A stretch of 64,000 nt of DNA, taken from positions 1,080,402-1,144,401 of the forward strand of contig OZ271840.1 of assembly GCA_965601735.1 (NCBI GenBank), given 5' to 3'. Every line of letters starts with the position of its first letter. Position 1 is the stretch's first letter. The position numbers were made by a program, and so were the translations under genes. The notes under the pieces are model-generated. The model was not told the origin of the DNA and searched no databases. It saw nothing but the letters and a program-made list of their open reading frames with translations. Of this stretch, positions 11,305-20,433 are shown in pieces. The stretch is from Alphaproteobacteria bacterium (GTDB lineage: Bacteria > Pseudomonadota > Alphaproteobacteria > JBBDQX01).

Positions 11305-12309
11305 CTAATAGGCGCGGTCCGGGTCGACCCGGTTGGGCATTGGCCGGCCCTCGAGATAGGCGGCCAAGTTCTTGAAGAAGATGTCCAGGCAGAGTGGCGT
11401 ATAGGTCTCCGCATCGTCGCAGGAGACATGCGGCGTCATGATCAGATTCGGCGTGCGCCAGAGTGGCGAATCCTTGGGCAACGGCTCTGGATCGAACACA
11501 TCGAGCACCGCTCCCGCGAGCCGGTCCTGAGTGAGCGCATCGGCCAGCGCCTCCTGATCCAGCAGATGGCCACGGGCGATGTTGACCAACCCCGCCTCAG
11601 GTTTCATCAGGGTGAGTTCCGCAGCCCCGATCAGGCCCCGGGTCTCGGCGGTCGAAGGCGCGGCCATCACCACGAAGTCCGCGCGCGGCAGCACCTCGGC
11701 GAGGCGGTCGATGGGTACAATCTCGTCGGCGTCTGGATGGGCACGGCCGCTGCGGTTCACGCCGATGGTGCGCAGGCCCGCGCCGCGCGCCCGCTGCATC
11801 GCCGCCCCGCCCATACCGCCGGTGCCGATTACCACCACTGTCTTACCCCGTGCGCCGGTGGCGAAAACCGGGTCCCATCGGGCATCGCGTTGACGCGTCA
11901 CGTAAAACGGGATCCGCGCGTTCAGCATCAGGATTGCGGTCAGCGCGAACTCGCCCGCCTTGTCTTCATGGGTGCCGCGCGCGTTAATCAGGTCGACGCC
12001 CGGCGGCAGCCAGTCGAGGGGCAGCAGGGTCTCGACTCCCGCGGACGTCACGAACGCCCATTTCAGCTTGGGCGCATCGGGCACCGGGAAATGGACCTTG
12101 AAGACCTTGGTCTTGCTCAGCACCACCTCGGCCTCGCGCATGGCTTCGGCCATCACATCCAGGTCGTCGCTGATGGTGGCGTCGAGGCAAGCGGCGGCGT
12201 CCGGGTGGCGCTCACAGGCGGCCGCGAACCGCTCCGGCGTTACCTGAAACGCGACGTCCGCTGCCCTGTCAGGCTCGCCGGTGGGCAGCGGCGGCGAATC
12301 CAGCCGCAT
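11305..12309 (-). CDS. D-isomer-specific 2-hydroxyacid dehydrogenase family protein
   Basis: Track ORF trimmed to M64 (about 334 aa). NAD-binding GKTVVVIGTGGMGG and catalytic region ...MTPHVS. The upstream extension overlaps the neighbouring gene's 3' end and is rejected. Confidence 0.7.
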   Translation of the reverse strand: MRLDSPPLPTGEPDRAADVAFQVTPERFAAACERHPDAAACLDATISDDLDVMAEAMREAEVVLSKTKVFKVHFPVPDAPKLKWAFVTSAGVETLLPLDWLPPGVDLINARGTHEDKAGEFALTAILMLNARIPFYVTRQRDARWDPVFATGARGKTVVVIGTGGMGGAAMQRARGAGLRTIGVNRSGRAHPDADEIVPIDRLAEVLPRADFVVMAAPSTAETRGLIGAAELTLMKPEAGLVNIARGHLLDQEALADALTQDRLAGAVLDVFDPEPLPKDSPLWRTPNLIMTPHVSCDDAETYTPLCLDIFFKNLAAYLEGRPMPNRVDPDRAY

Positions 12310-12352
12310 GTTCTGGATATGCAGGCGAATGCGCCGGTCCTTGGGCACGGCG

Positions 12353-13243
12353 TTAAGCACCCTTCTCGTCGAAGCTGACGTCCGCCCACTCTTCCCAGAG
12401 CGTTGCCAGCACCGCGTAGTCCTGCTCCCCCAGCCCGGCCGCTTCCGCCAGCTCATAAGGGGTGTGGGCGGCCAGCGTCGCGAACAGCGGCACGCCAAGC
12501 TGCTGGGCGGTCTCCAGCGCCAGCACGGAATCCTTGCGCGCGTTTGACACTGACATACCGCCCGCGTAGTCGCCCGCCAGCATGCGCTCGGCGACCCGAT
12601 GCAGCAGCGGTCGCATCAGCGCCTCGGGGCGGCCAAGAATGTCGACCATGGTGCGCTCGGGGATGCCGAGCTTCGACGACATGGCGAAGGCTTCGATCAG
12701 CACCACCATCAGCGCATGCATCACCCCGTTATGGACAACCTTTGCCCCCATGCCCGCGCCGATAGGCCCAAGATCGACCACCCGGTCTGTGACCGGCGCC
12801 AGAACATCGCGTGCCTGTTGCTTGGCGTCGTCGTCACCGCCAAGGAAGAAGACAATCTCGCCCGCGGCCATGCTCGCCACCCCGCCGGCGATCGCGGCAT
12901 CGACAAACCCGGTACCGGCCTCGGCGCAGGCGGCGGCGCAGGCCTGGGCGGTCTGGGGGGTAACGGTGCTGGTCTCGACAATCAATGCCGGACGATTGTT
13001 GCCAGCCAACAGGGCCTCGACCGTCGCGGTCGAGGCTTCCGGTTTCGGTAGCGACAAGATCACGACATGCGCCCCGGCGGCGACCGCATCAAGCGAGTCC
13101 ACTGCTGTGATGCCAGCCTCGGCCGCGGCGCCGCGCCGTGCCGGGTCGAGGTCATAGCCGACCACCGGCACCTGGCGTTGCATCGCTGTGGCGACAGCAA
13201 GCCCCGCGTTGCCGAGACCGACCAGCCCGACGGCCTTGGTCAC
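12353..13243 (-). CDS. NAD(P)-dependent oxidoreductase, 3-hydroxyisobutyrate / 6-phosphogluconate dehydrogenase-like family
   Basis: 296 aa. N-terminal GLVGLGNAG Rossmann motif and the conserved GAGMGAK.V.N of the HIBADH/tartronate-semialdehyde reductase family. Confidence 0.7.
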   Translation of the reverse strand: MTKAVGLVGLGNAGLAVATAMQRQVPVVGYDLDPARRGAAAEAGITAVDSLDAVAAGAHVVILSLPKPEASTATVEALLAGNNRPALIVETSTVTPQTAQACAAACAEAGTGFVDAAIAGGVASMAAGEIVFFLGGDDDAKQQARDVLAPVTDRVVDLGPIGAGMGAKVVHNGVMHALMVVLIEAFAMSSKLGIPERTMVDILGRPEALMRPLLHRVAERMLAGDYAGGMSVSNARKDSVLALETAQQLGVPLFATLAAHTPYELAEAAGLGEQDYAVLATLWEEWADVSFDEKGA

Positions 13244-13590
13244 TGTGCGCCGCCGCCTTCGTTCTCGACCGCGAATCGCATCAGCTCGCGAAACATCTCG
13301 AACACCTTGTCGAGGAAGGCGAGCTGGCGCTCCTTCTCGGCCTGCTCGTTGGCGGTGCGTTCGGCGTTGAGCTGCTCATAGCTGCGCTGTGGCGCGCTGA
13401 CCGCCTCGCTGGAGGTGGCGCACAACAGCCGTTCGCCCTGGAGCGTGCAGACCGAGATTTCACCGGTCTGCTTGTCGAGCCGCCAGACCCGGTTCTCGGT
13501 GGCCTCGACGATCTGATAGCGGTCGGCGTCCGCGGCGGCGGCCGGCGTGGTCAGGGCAAGGGCGAGGGCAGCGAGGATCAGCATCCGCAT
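13240..13590 (-). CDS. Hypothetical small secreted protein
   Basis: 116 aa with signal peptide MRMLILAALALALTTPAAAA, two Cys, and a charged C-terminal half. 4-nt overlap with the upstream dehydrogenase gene suggests co-transcription. Confidence 0.4.
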   Translation of the reverse strand: MRMLILAALALALTTPAAAADADRYQIVEATENRVWRLDKQTGEISVCTLQGERLLCATSSEAVSAPQRSYEQLNAERTANEQAEKERQLAFLDKVFEMFRELMRFAVENEGGGAQ

Positions 13591-13594
13591 GGTG

Positions 13595-13771
13595 CTAGGC
13601 TCCCGCCGCGCCGGCGCGGCGCACCACCAGCCACAGGGCGTGGATCATCCCTGGCACGAAGAAGAATAGTGTGAGGAGGAGGTTGAGCCAGAAGTGCAGG
13701 CCCAGGCCAACGGTCAGGAAAGCAGCGACCGGCGGCAGGAAGATCGCAAGGATGATGCGCAGCAGGTTCAT
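13595..13771 (-). CDS. Pmp3/YqaE (UPF0057) family small membrane protein
   Basis: Not in the ORF track (58 aa). Translation MNLLRIILAIFLPPVAAFLTVGLGLHFWLNLLLTLFFFVPGMIHALWLVV... matches the Pmp3/YqaE proteolipid family. Coordinates are hand-counted. Confidence 0.55.
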   Translation of the reverse strand: MNLLRIILAIFLPPVAAFLTVGLGLHFWLNLLLTLFFFVPGMIHALWLVVRRAGAAGA

Positions 13772-13838
13772 GGTGGTGTCTCAAGACGGTTGTCTGACAG
13801 GGCCGCAGTCTAGCCGGGAACTGTCGCCGTGGGCCATG

Positions 13839-14282
13839 TCATTCGCCGCGGGGCCTGGGGCGCCAATCAGCTGGTGCCATCTCGAAGGCGTCAAAGCTGA
13901 AGGCCGGGGCCACGGTGCAGCCGCACAGGGTCCAAGCGCCCAACGACTCGGCGGTCTGCCAGTGCCCGGCTGGAACCACCGCCTGGGGCCGCTCGTCGCG
14001 CATCAGGTTGGGACCAAGCCGCCATGCGGTGGCATCGTCACCGTCCGGCGAGATGGTCAGCGCCAGCGGCGCGCCGCCGTACCAATGCCAGACCTCGTCA
14101 GCGTCGGTCACCCGGTGCCAGGCCGAGAGGTCGCCGGCCTCGAGCAAGTAGTAGATCGCGGTCGACGCACCGCGCGCGTCGCCGCCTGCTTTATGCCGGT
14201 AGGTTTCCCGATACCAGCCGCCCTCTGGGTGGCGGGTAAGGTCAAGCATCCGGACGATCGTACTGGCGTCCAAGTCGGTCAT
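13839..14282 (-). CDS. Cupin-domain protein (DUF985-like)
   Basis: 147 aa. RHPEGGWYRETYR...YYLL motif typical of the cupin_5/DUF985 family. Confidence 0.55.
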   Translation of the reverse strand: MTDLDASTIVRMLDLTRHPEGGWYRETYRHKAGGDARGASTAIYYLLEAGDLSAWHRVTDADEVWHWYGGAPLALTISPDGDDATAWRLGPNLMRDERPQAVVPAGHWQTAESLGAWTLCGCTVAPAFSFDAFEMAPADWRPRPRGE

Positions 14283-14369
14283 TGGCGCATTTCCCTATTC
14301 ACCGCTTGCGGCGGTCGCCGGACAATCACCGGCGCGATATAATACGACCGTTGCCAACACGAGGAGCTT

Positions 14370-14843
14370 GTGGCGAAGCACGATCTGCGGTCCCTGCGGG
14401 TTTTGATCGTCGATGACGATGCGGAGTCCCGCAAGCTGATGCTGGACTACCTGTCCGACATGGGCGTTAGCCAGGCCTATGAGGCGCCGGGCGGCGAAGA
14501 GGCGTTGGCGTTTCTCCAGTCCGCCCGGGTCGACCTTGTGATCTCCGATATCCGCATGTCGCCGATGAGCGGCGACGCCTTTGTGCGCGCGTTGCGCAGC
14601 GACGATGCCAACGCCAGCAAGCTGGTGCCGGTGATGATGGTCACCGAAGGACCTGACGCGACCAGCATTGAGGCAGCGAAGCGCGCCGGCGTCACTGCGC
14701 TGGTGGTAAAGTCATCGCGCTTCGAGGAATTCCACGGCCATGTGATCGGCACGCTGACACGCGCCGGCATCATTGCGCCCGACCGCGACGGGCTGAGCGC
14801 CATCGGTCCGGTCGATAACCCGGTGGGTAAATCCTGGGATTGA
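14370..14843 (+). CDS. Single-domain response regulator (CheY-like receiver)
   Basis: GTG start preceded by GAGGAG. Receiver signatures: acidic pocket DDD and phospho-acceptor D in VISDIRM. Confidence 0.7.
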   Translation: MAKHDLRSLRVLIVDDDAESRKLMLDYLSDMGVSQAYEAPGGEEALAFLQSARVDLVISDIRMSPMSGDAFVRALRSDDANASKLVPVMMVTEGPDATSIEAAKRAGVTALVVKSSRFEEFHGHVIGTLTRAGIIAPDRDGLSAIGPVDNPVGKSWD

Positions 14844-14856
14844 GGAGTCCGGCGGC

Positions 14857-16473
14857 CTACTGGCCACCGGCAGTCCAGAACGGTGGCGTTGCCGCGAAGG
14901 TGTGCCAGTCCTCGACCATCCGACGCTCCGACGCGGTGAGCTGGTGGCCGTACCAGCCAATCACCAGACCGGCGGCCCGCTCCAGTTCGGTTGCGGCCTT
15001 GCGGGGCTTGCGTACAGTGAGCGCGCTCAGCAGTTCCTCCGCCACGGCGACATCATTGAGTGCGCCCAGGTCCTCCTGCAGCGCCTCCAGCGCCATCAGG
15101 TAGGCGCGCGACCGGCGCTTCGGATAAAGGCCTCGGAAGAACTCGGTCGCGTAGCGCAGTTTCTTCACCGCGATCCGCAAGCGGTGACGGTCGGGCATCG
15201 ACAGATGCTCAAATCCCTTGCCAAGCCGCATCGCCCGCTTGTGGCGCTTACTGAGCAGCGCGCCGGCAAAGCGTTCCAGCGGCTGGTCAAGCGTGGCTGC
15301 CGCGGTCTCCTCGGCGCGCCAGCCGCGCGTCTCCATCCAGGCGCACAGCTTGAGCAGGAAGGTGGTGTATCGCGGCGCTGTGATGACCGCCCGTGCCTGG
15401 TCGTATCCGTCCGCTACGTTCGCTTCCGCCAGTGCCTTGAGCGCCTGGAGGCCCGCATCATCGCCGCGGTGATCGATGACTGGCGGCAGGGTTGTATTGA
15501 CGAATACGTCCCAGTCTCGCGCATTGCCGAGCCCTTGCGCGGCCCATCGCGCATCGTCGTTGAAGGCGCCGAAGTCGCCCGGCGTGATCACATCGCGGAA
15601 CAGCGCCAGTACCGAGCGGAAACGTCGCAGGCCAACGCGCATCTGGTGCACGCCTTCCGGGTCCCGCCCATCGAGCACGGCGGCCTCGTTGGCGGTCCAG
15701 TGGTCGAGGCAACTGCGCAGGGTCTGCTCCAGCGCTTGCTCCACGGTCGCGCTACGCCGCAGGGCCGGCTTGTCCGACTTGCGGCAGGGCGGAGGCGTGC
15801 CAGTCGCCAGCAGGTAGCCGCGGGCCGATTTGCTCAACGTCTCGACCCGCAGCGGGCTGACCGCGTGCAGATCCAGTGCCAGGTCGAAGAGCGCGCCCGG
15901 CCCACCACGCAGCAGCTCCAGTTCGACCTCGCATATCGGCGACTTGCCACGGGTGGTACGGATTTCGCCTTCGTCGAAACAGATTTCGACTACCCCGTCG
16001 GGATCCTGACTGTTCAGCACCTGTTTCTTGCGGCGCACGGTGCCGGTGAACACCCGTTTCAGGCTGTCCGCATCAATGCCGTCGAGCCAAGCCCGGGCAT
16101 GCGGATCAACGAACGCCGTGAGGTCGAGGGCGAATTTCGGCACCTCGACCTGCCATTCGCCACGGCGCTGTAACCCGCCTGCCGGCCCATCGCCGGACTT
16201 CAGGGTCTGCACATAACGCGGGCCTTCCTGGCGCACGCGCAGTGCCAGCCCGCGGGCGCGCAGGTCGAAGTTGGCGGTGTCGAAATAGGCATAGCGCAGG
16301 CGCTGCTCGACCCCATGCCCAACGGCACGACTGAGCAACGGCTCAGAGGTTGCCAGCGCCGCCAGCGCCTTCCTGTCCGCAGCGAGCTTGAGTTCAACTT
16401 CGAAGTTGTCTGGCGGCGTAAACTCGGGGGCTGCTTCCACCCCGGCGCTGCCGTCCGCAGGTCTGGTCCGCAA
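14857..16473 (-). CDS. CYTH (triphosphatase-like) plus CHAD domain protein
   Basis: 538 aa. N-terminal FEVELKLAA / EVELEL CYTH-type EXEXK strands, and a long alpha-helical CHAD C-terminal half with conserved His/Arg. Confidence 0.7.
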   Translation of the reverse strand: MRTRPADGSAGVEAAPEFTPPDNFEVELKLAADRKALAALATSEPLLSRAVGHGVEQRLRYAYFDTANFDLRARGLALRVRQEGPRYVQTLKSGDGPAGGLQRRGEWQVEVPKFALDLTAFVDPHARAWLDGIDADSLKRVFTGTVRRKKQVLNSQDPDGVVEICFDEGEIRTTRGKSPICEVELELLRGGPGALFDLALDLHAVSPLRVETLSKSARGYLLATGTPPPCRKSDKPALRRSATVEQALEQTLRSCLDHWTANEAAVLDGRDPEGVHQMRVGLRRFRSVLALFRDVITPGDFGAFNDDARWAAQGLGNARDWDVFVNTTLPPVIDHRGDDAGLQALKALAEANVADGYDQARAVITAPRYTTFLLKLCAWMETRGWRAEETAAATLDQPLERFAGALLSKRHKRAMRLGKGFEHLSMPDRHRLRIAVKKLRYATEFFRGLYPKRRSRAYLMALEALQEDLGALNDVAVAEELLSALTVRKPRKAATELERAAGLVIGWYGHQLTASERRMVEDWHTFAATPPFWTAGGQ

Positions 16474-16607
16474 GGTCAGCCCGTCTCCATCGTCACCCAG
16501 GCGCGCAACGCCAACAGCCTCTACCTCTTTTCGACAGGTTGAGTGCCTAGGCGTGTCGTCTGTCGACGACTATGGCATTCGATTGAGGGTAGAGCGAGTC
16601 CGGGATT

Positions 16608-17543
16608 CTATCCCGTGCGCACCCGGATGCAGCCTTGCGAACCGTCGCCGCGCTCGCGCTTCGCCTCGTACATCAACTCGTCGGCGGCCGCCATCAGCGA
16701 TGCTGCGTTGTCGCCATCCTCGGGGAAAAACACCACCCCGATCGAGGCGGTGACACGCAAGTCCTTGCCGCTGTAGGAAACCGGTTCGGCGATATCGTCG
16801 GCAAGCTTCGCGACCACCTTCATCGCACTGTCTCGCTGGTCGAAATTCTCCAGCAGGCATACGAACTCATCGCCGCCCACCCGGCCTACGGAGTCGGACC
16901 GCCGCACGCCGTGGGACAGGCGTTCGCCGATGGTGCGCAGCATACTATCGCCGGCATCATGGCCATGGGTGTCGTTGATCGGCTTGAAGCCGTTGAGGTC
17001 GATGAAGGCCAGGCAGAACGGCGCCTTGGAGCGGCGCGAACGCGCAATCGCCTGATCGAACAGGTTCATGAACAGCCGGCGGCTGGGCAGGCCGGTGAGG
17101 TCGTCGTAGAGCGCCGCCATCACCAGATGGTCCTGCAAGCGCTTCCGCTCCACCGCGTATCGCAGGGAGCGCTCCAATAGCGACGGGCCGATCTCGTCCT
17201 TTACCAGATAGCCAAAGGCGCCACGGCGCATAGCCTGCAGGTCGAGTTCGCGGCTGACCGATCCGGTCAGCAGGATCACCGGCACATCGATACCGCGCTC
17301 GACGAGCGACGCCATCACGTCGAAACCGGTCTCGGCGCCAAGGTCATGATCGAGCAGGCAGGCATCGAAGCCGTCCCTCTCAAACAGGGCGGTGGCTTCC
17401 TCGGGCGTCGCGGCGGTCTCGACCTCGAACGGCGCACCATCAATGCTATCGAGCATATCGCAGACCAGGCGCCGGTCCTCGCTGTCGTCGTCAAGCAGCA
17501 GAATCCGCAAGGTGCCGTCTACGGGCGGTACCTGCAACATCAT
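16608..17543 (-). CDS. Response regulator with GGDEF diguanylate cyclase output (PleD-like)
   Basis: REC domain (LLLDDD..., D in LLDHDL), then a GGDEF domain with GGDEF motif RVGGDEF and the upstream RxxD-like region. Confidence 0.8.
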   Translation of the reverse strand: MMLQVPPVDGTLRILLLDDDSEDRRLVCDMLDSIDGAPFEVETAATPEEATALFERDGFDACLLDHDLGAETGFDVMASLVERGIDVPVILLTGSVSRELDLQAMRRGAFGYLVKDEIGPSLLERSLRYAVERKRLQDHLVMAALYDDLTGLPSRRLFMNLFDQAIARSRRSKAPFCLAFIDLNGFKPINDTHGHDAGDSMLRTIGERLSHGVRRSDSVGRVGGDEFVCLLENFDQRDSAMKVVAKLADDIAEPVSYSGKDLRVTASIGVVFFPEDGDNAASLMAAADELMYEAKRERGDGSQGCIRVRTG

Positions 17544-18010
17544 GACGGGGGGAGCTCCGCGGTTTCCAGCCAGAAGGCGCGTAGCCGCGCCATGGCGTCG
17601 ACCAAGTCGCGATAACCGGAAGGCTTCGCAATATAGGAATTAGCGCCGAGGCCATAGCAGGTCCGGACATCTTCCTCAGAGTTCGAGGTGGAGACGACCA
17701 CTACCGGAATCTCGCGCAGGGTCGGGTCGGCTTTCATCGCGCTCAATGCATCGCGGCCATTCATCACCGGCATGTTGAGGTCCAACAGAACGATGTCGGG
17801 CCGAACCGCTGCCTCGTTGCCCGCATAGGGCCCTTGATTCTTGAGGTAATTCAATAGCTCACGGCCATCGCGGACGAATTGGATCGCGATCCGATCGTGG
17901 CTTTCATGGAGCGCATCGGCAATCAGCCGCCGATCATCCTCATCGTCGTCCGCTACCAAGAGGTAACGGACCGGCGGTTCATCCGCGGCCGTCTGCAATT
18001 CCCTCGTCAT
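17540..18010 (-). CDS. Single-domain response regulator (CheY-like)
   Basis: 156 aa receiver (LLVADDDEDD..., LLDLNMP, conserved K). ATGA-type overlaps with both neighbours. Confidence 0.75.
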   Translation of the reverse strand: MTRELQTAADEPPVRYLLVADDDEDDRRLIADALHESHDRIAIQFVRDGRELLNYLKNQGPYAGNEAAVRPDIVLLDLNMPVMNGRDALSAMKADPTLREIPVVVVSTSNSEEDVRTCYGLGANSYIAKPSGYRDLVDAMARLRAFWLETAELPPS

Positions 18011-20433
18011 GTCGCCTGTTCCACGCCCTCTTGGTCCCCGTCGCCCATGCCGTCGCCGTGCGAAACTGGAAGCTCAAACGCAAAAACCGTGCCGACGCCC
18101 GGCTCGGACTCTACTGAGATCGTGCCGCCGTGATGCTCAACGACGCGCTGCACGATGGCAAGCCCGATCCCGGTGCCCTCATACTCCTCACGGCCATGCA
18201 GACGCTGGAAGGGGCGGAACACCCGCTCCGCCATCGCGGGTTCGAATCCGATGCCATTATCGGCCACCGTGACCCGGCAATAGGCCTCTCCATCGCGGGT
18301 GACCGGTGCCAGGCTAATGGTGATCCGCGGCGGCGTGTCCGGGCGGCGGAATTTCAGAGCATTGCCGATCAGGTTCAGGAACAGCCGATGGATCAGCCCG
18401 GGCTCCGCATCGACGGTCCCGCAGCCGTCAACGGTGATCTCGCCGCCACTCTCCTGCAGCCGGTACTCCAGATCGGCCGCCACCCGGTTGACGCTCTCTC
18501 CAAGGTCGACAGGGCGGAAAGCAGTGTCTCCTTTGCCGATACGCGCATAGTTCAACAGACCGGTGATCAGGTCCTGCATCCTGGTCGCGGCGGCGGCCAT
18601 GCGGGTCACGTAATACTGGCCGTCCTCGTCCAAGGCATCGGCGTAACGCGTCTCTAGGCGTTCGCCGAAGGCGACAATCTTGCGTAGCGGCTCTTTTAGG
18701 TCGTGGGACGCGACATGGGCGAACTCTTCCAGATCCCGATTGGAGCGTTCGAGCTCTGCCGATTGCTGGGCCAGCAAATCCGCCGCCTCTTCCGCCCGGC
18801 GGCGGGCCTCCGACAGCTCGGCCTCGCGCTCCTTCAGGGCACTGATATCGGTGCGAACCGCGACGATGCCTCCCTCGGTGGTGCGCCGTTCGGTGCCCAG
18901 CACCCAGCGGCCATCCGGCAGCTTCCACTCGAACCGACGGCCCGCCCCGGTGGCGAACTCCTGCAGCCGGGTGCGGACATACGCGTCAATATCTCGATCC
19001 GCGATGTTCGGATTGATCTGCAGGGCCGTGCGGATGACGACCTCGAAGCTCTGCCCTGGCTTCAGCAGATGGGCCACATGCTTGTTGAAGTCCCGATACT
19101 TGTCGTTGCACAGGATCAGCCGGCCGCCCCGGTCCCATAGCACGAAGCCCTCGTCGATATTCTCGATCGCGTCGGTCAGGCGCTGCTCGGCGCGCTTCAG
19201 GGCGGTGATGTCGGAGCGGATACCAACGATGCCACCATCGCGGGTCCGCCATTCGCGGATCAGGATGGTGCGGCCATCGTTCCAGTGCTGGATGATCGGC
19301 TCACCGGTCGGGTTGAGGTGTGCCTCCAGACGCTGGCGCAGCCAGGACTCCGGGTCGGTCCGTTGCAGCGGATCGTCGACCACCCGGTTCTCTAGTCCGA
19401 GCCGGATCAGGTCCTCGAATGTCTTGCCCGCCAGCTCCGAGCGCGGCGGCAAATAGGGATACAATTCCCGGTACCGTTCGTTGCACAGCACCAGCCGGTC
19501 TTCCTTGTCGTAGAGGATGAAGGCGTCGCTGATGCCGTCAATGGAATCGACGAGTTGCTGCTGGGCGACACGGGCGGCGTTGGCCGCCGCCTCCCGGCGC
19601 GCCTCCGCTGCGACCTGCTCGGTCAGGTCGCGGCCGATTCCGCGATAGCCGATGAAGGTGCCGTCTGCGTCGAACAACGCCCGGCCGCTGTTGGTCATGG
19701 TCAGCGGGCGGCCGTCGGCATGCCAGTTGGTGTAGATGAAATCGTCGAAGTCCTCGCGCGCATCCAGCGCGGCGAAGAAGGCTTCCCACCGGGGCTGCTC
19801 CTCGATGAGGGTACCCTTGTACATGTCGCGGCGGGTCTTGCCGACCAGCCGGTCGACCGGCTTGCCTGTGATCTCGGTGTAGCGCGGCGACAGGTATGTG
19901 TAGCGCAGGTCGGCATCCATCTCCCAAAGCCAATCCGAGCCGAGCTCCGCGAAGTCCTGGAACCGGGACTGGCTGTCATGCAGGGCGAGTTCACTGCGCT
20001 TGCGCGCGGATATGTCGGTTACCGCGACCGCGATCGCGGGCTCACCTTCCCAGACCGTCGCATGGACGTTGTAGGCAGCCCAGAACAGGCTGCCGTCGCG
20101 GTGCTGGGCGGCGAGTTCGTAGCGTTCAGGGGCCGCCTGGCCCGCCCGGCGCTGGTTGGCATAGCCGCGCACCCGAGCGCGCTCGTGCGGCGCCGCACAA
20201 GTTTCCGTCACGTCCAAGCCGAGCAGCTCATCCGTCCGATCGAATCCGAAAAGCGCCGCTGCTGCTCTGTTGGCGTAGCGTATCTTGTCGTCGCGGGTGA
20301 TCAGCACCCCGACCCGCAAATCATCGACCAGGGTGTGGAAGGATGCGTCGATTGCCCCGTCCCGGAGTATGGAGTCCGTCACTGGACGCCTCCCGCCCCC
20401 ACCCTCACGGACCCGCAGCGCGGCGCGCGGCAA
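18007..20433 (-). CDS. Multi-PAS sensor histidine kinase
   Basis: 808 aa. Several PAS/PAC repeats, HisKA H-box (AHVASHDLKEPLRK), HATPase_c N/G boxes (NALKF, GTGIGLAIV). No receiver domain. Confidence 0.8.
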   Translation of the reverse strand: MPRAALRVREGGGGRRPVTDSILRDGAIDASFHTLVDDLRVGVLITRDDKIRYANRAAAALFGFDRTDELLGLDVTETCAAPHERARVRGYANQRRAGQAAPERYELAAQHRDGSLFWAAYNVHATVWEGEPAIAVAVTDISARKRSELALHDSQSRFQDFAELGSDWLWEMDADLRYTYLSPRYTEITGKPVDRLVGKTRRDMYKGTLIEEQPRWEAFFAALDAREDFDDFIYTNWHADGRPLTMTNSGRALFDADGTFIGYRGIGRDLTEQVAAEARREAAANAARVAQQQLVDSIDGISDAFILYDKEDRLVLCNERYRELYPYLPPRSELAGKTFEDLIRLGLENRVVDDPLQRTDPESWLRQRLEAHLNPTGEPIIQHWNDGRTILIREWRTRDGGIVGIRSDITALKRAEQRLTDAIENIDEGFVLWDRGGRLILCNDKYRDFNKHVAHLLKPGQSFEVVIRTALQINPNIADRDIDAYVRTRLQEFATGAGRRFEWKLPDGRWVLGTERRTTEGGIVAVRTDISALKEREAELSEARRRAEEAADLLAQQSAELERSNRDLEEFAHVASHDLKEPLRKIVAFGERLETRYADALDEDGQYYVTRMAAAATRMQDLITGLLNYARIGKGDTAFRPVDLGESVNRVAADLEYRLQESGGEITVDGCGTVDAEPGLIHRLFLNLIGNALKFRRPDTPPRITISLAPVTRDGEAYCRVTVADNGIGFEPAMAERVFRPFQRLHGREEYEGTGIGLAIVQRVVEHHGGTISVESEPGVGTVFAFELPVSHGDGMGDGDQEGVEQAT

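Noticed and set aside
13578-13784. 68-aa His/Pro/Arg-rich minus-strand ORF
   Set aside because: The alternative frame in the same interval encodes a textbook Pmp3/YqaE proteolipid. This ORF is the out-of-frame artifact.
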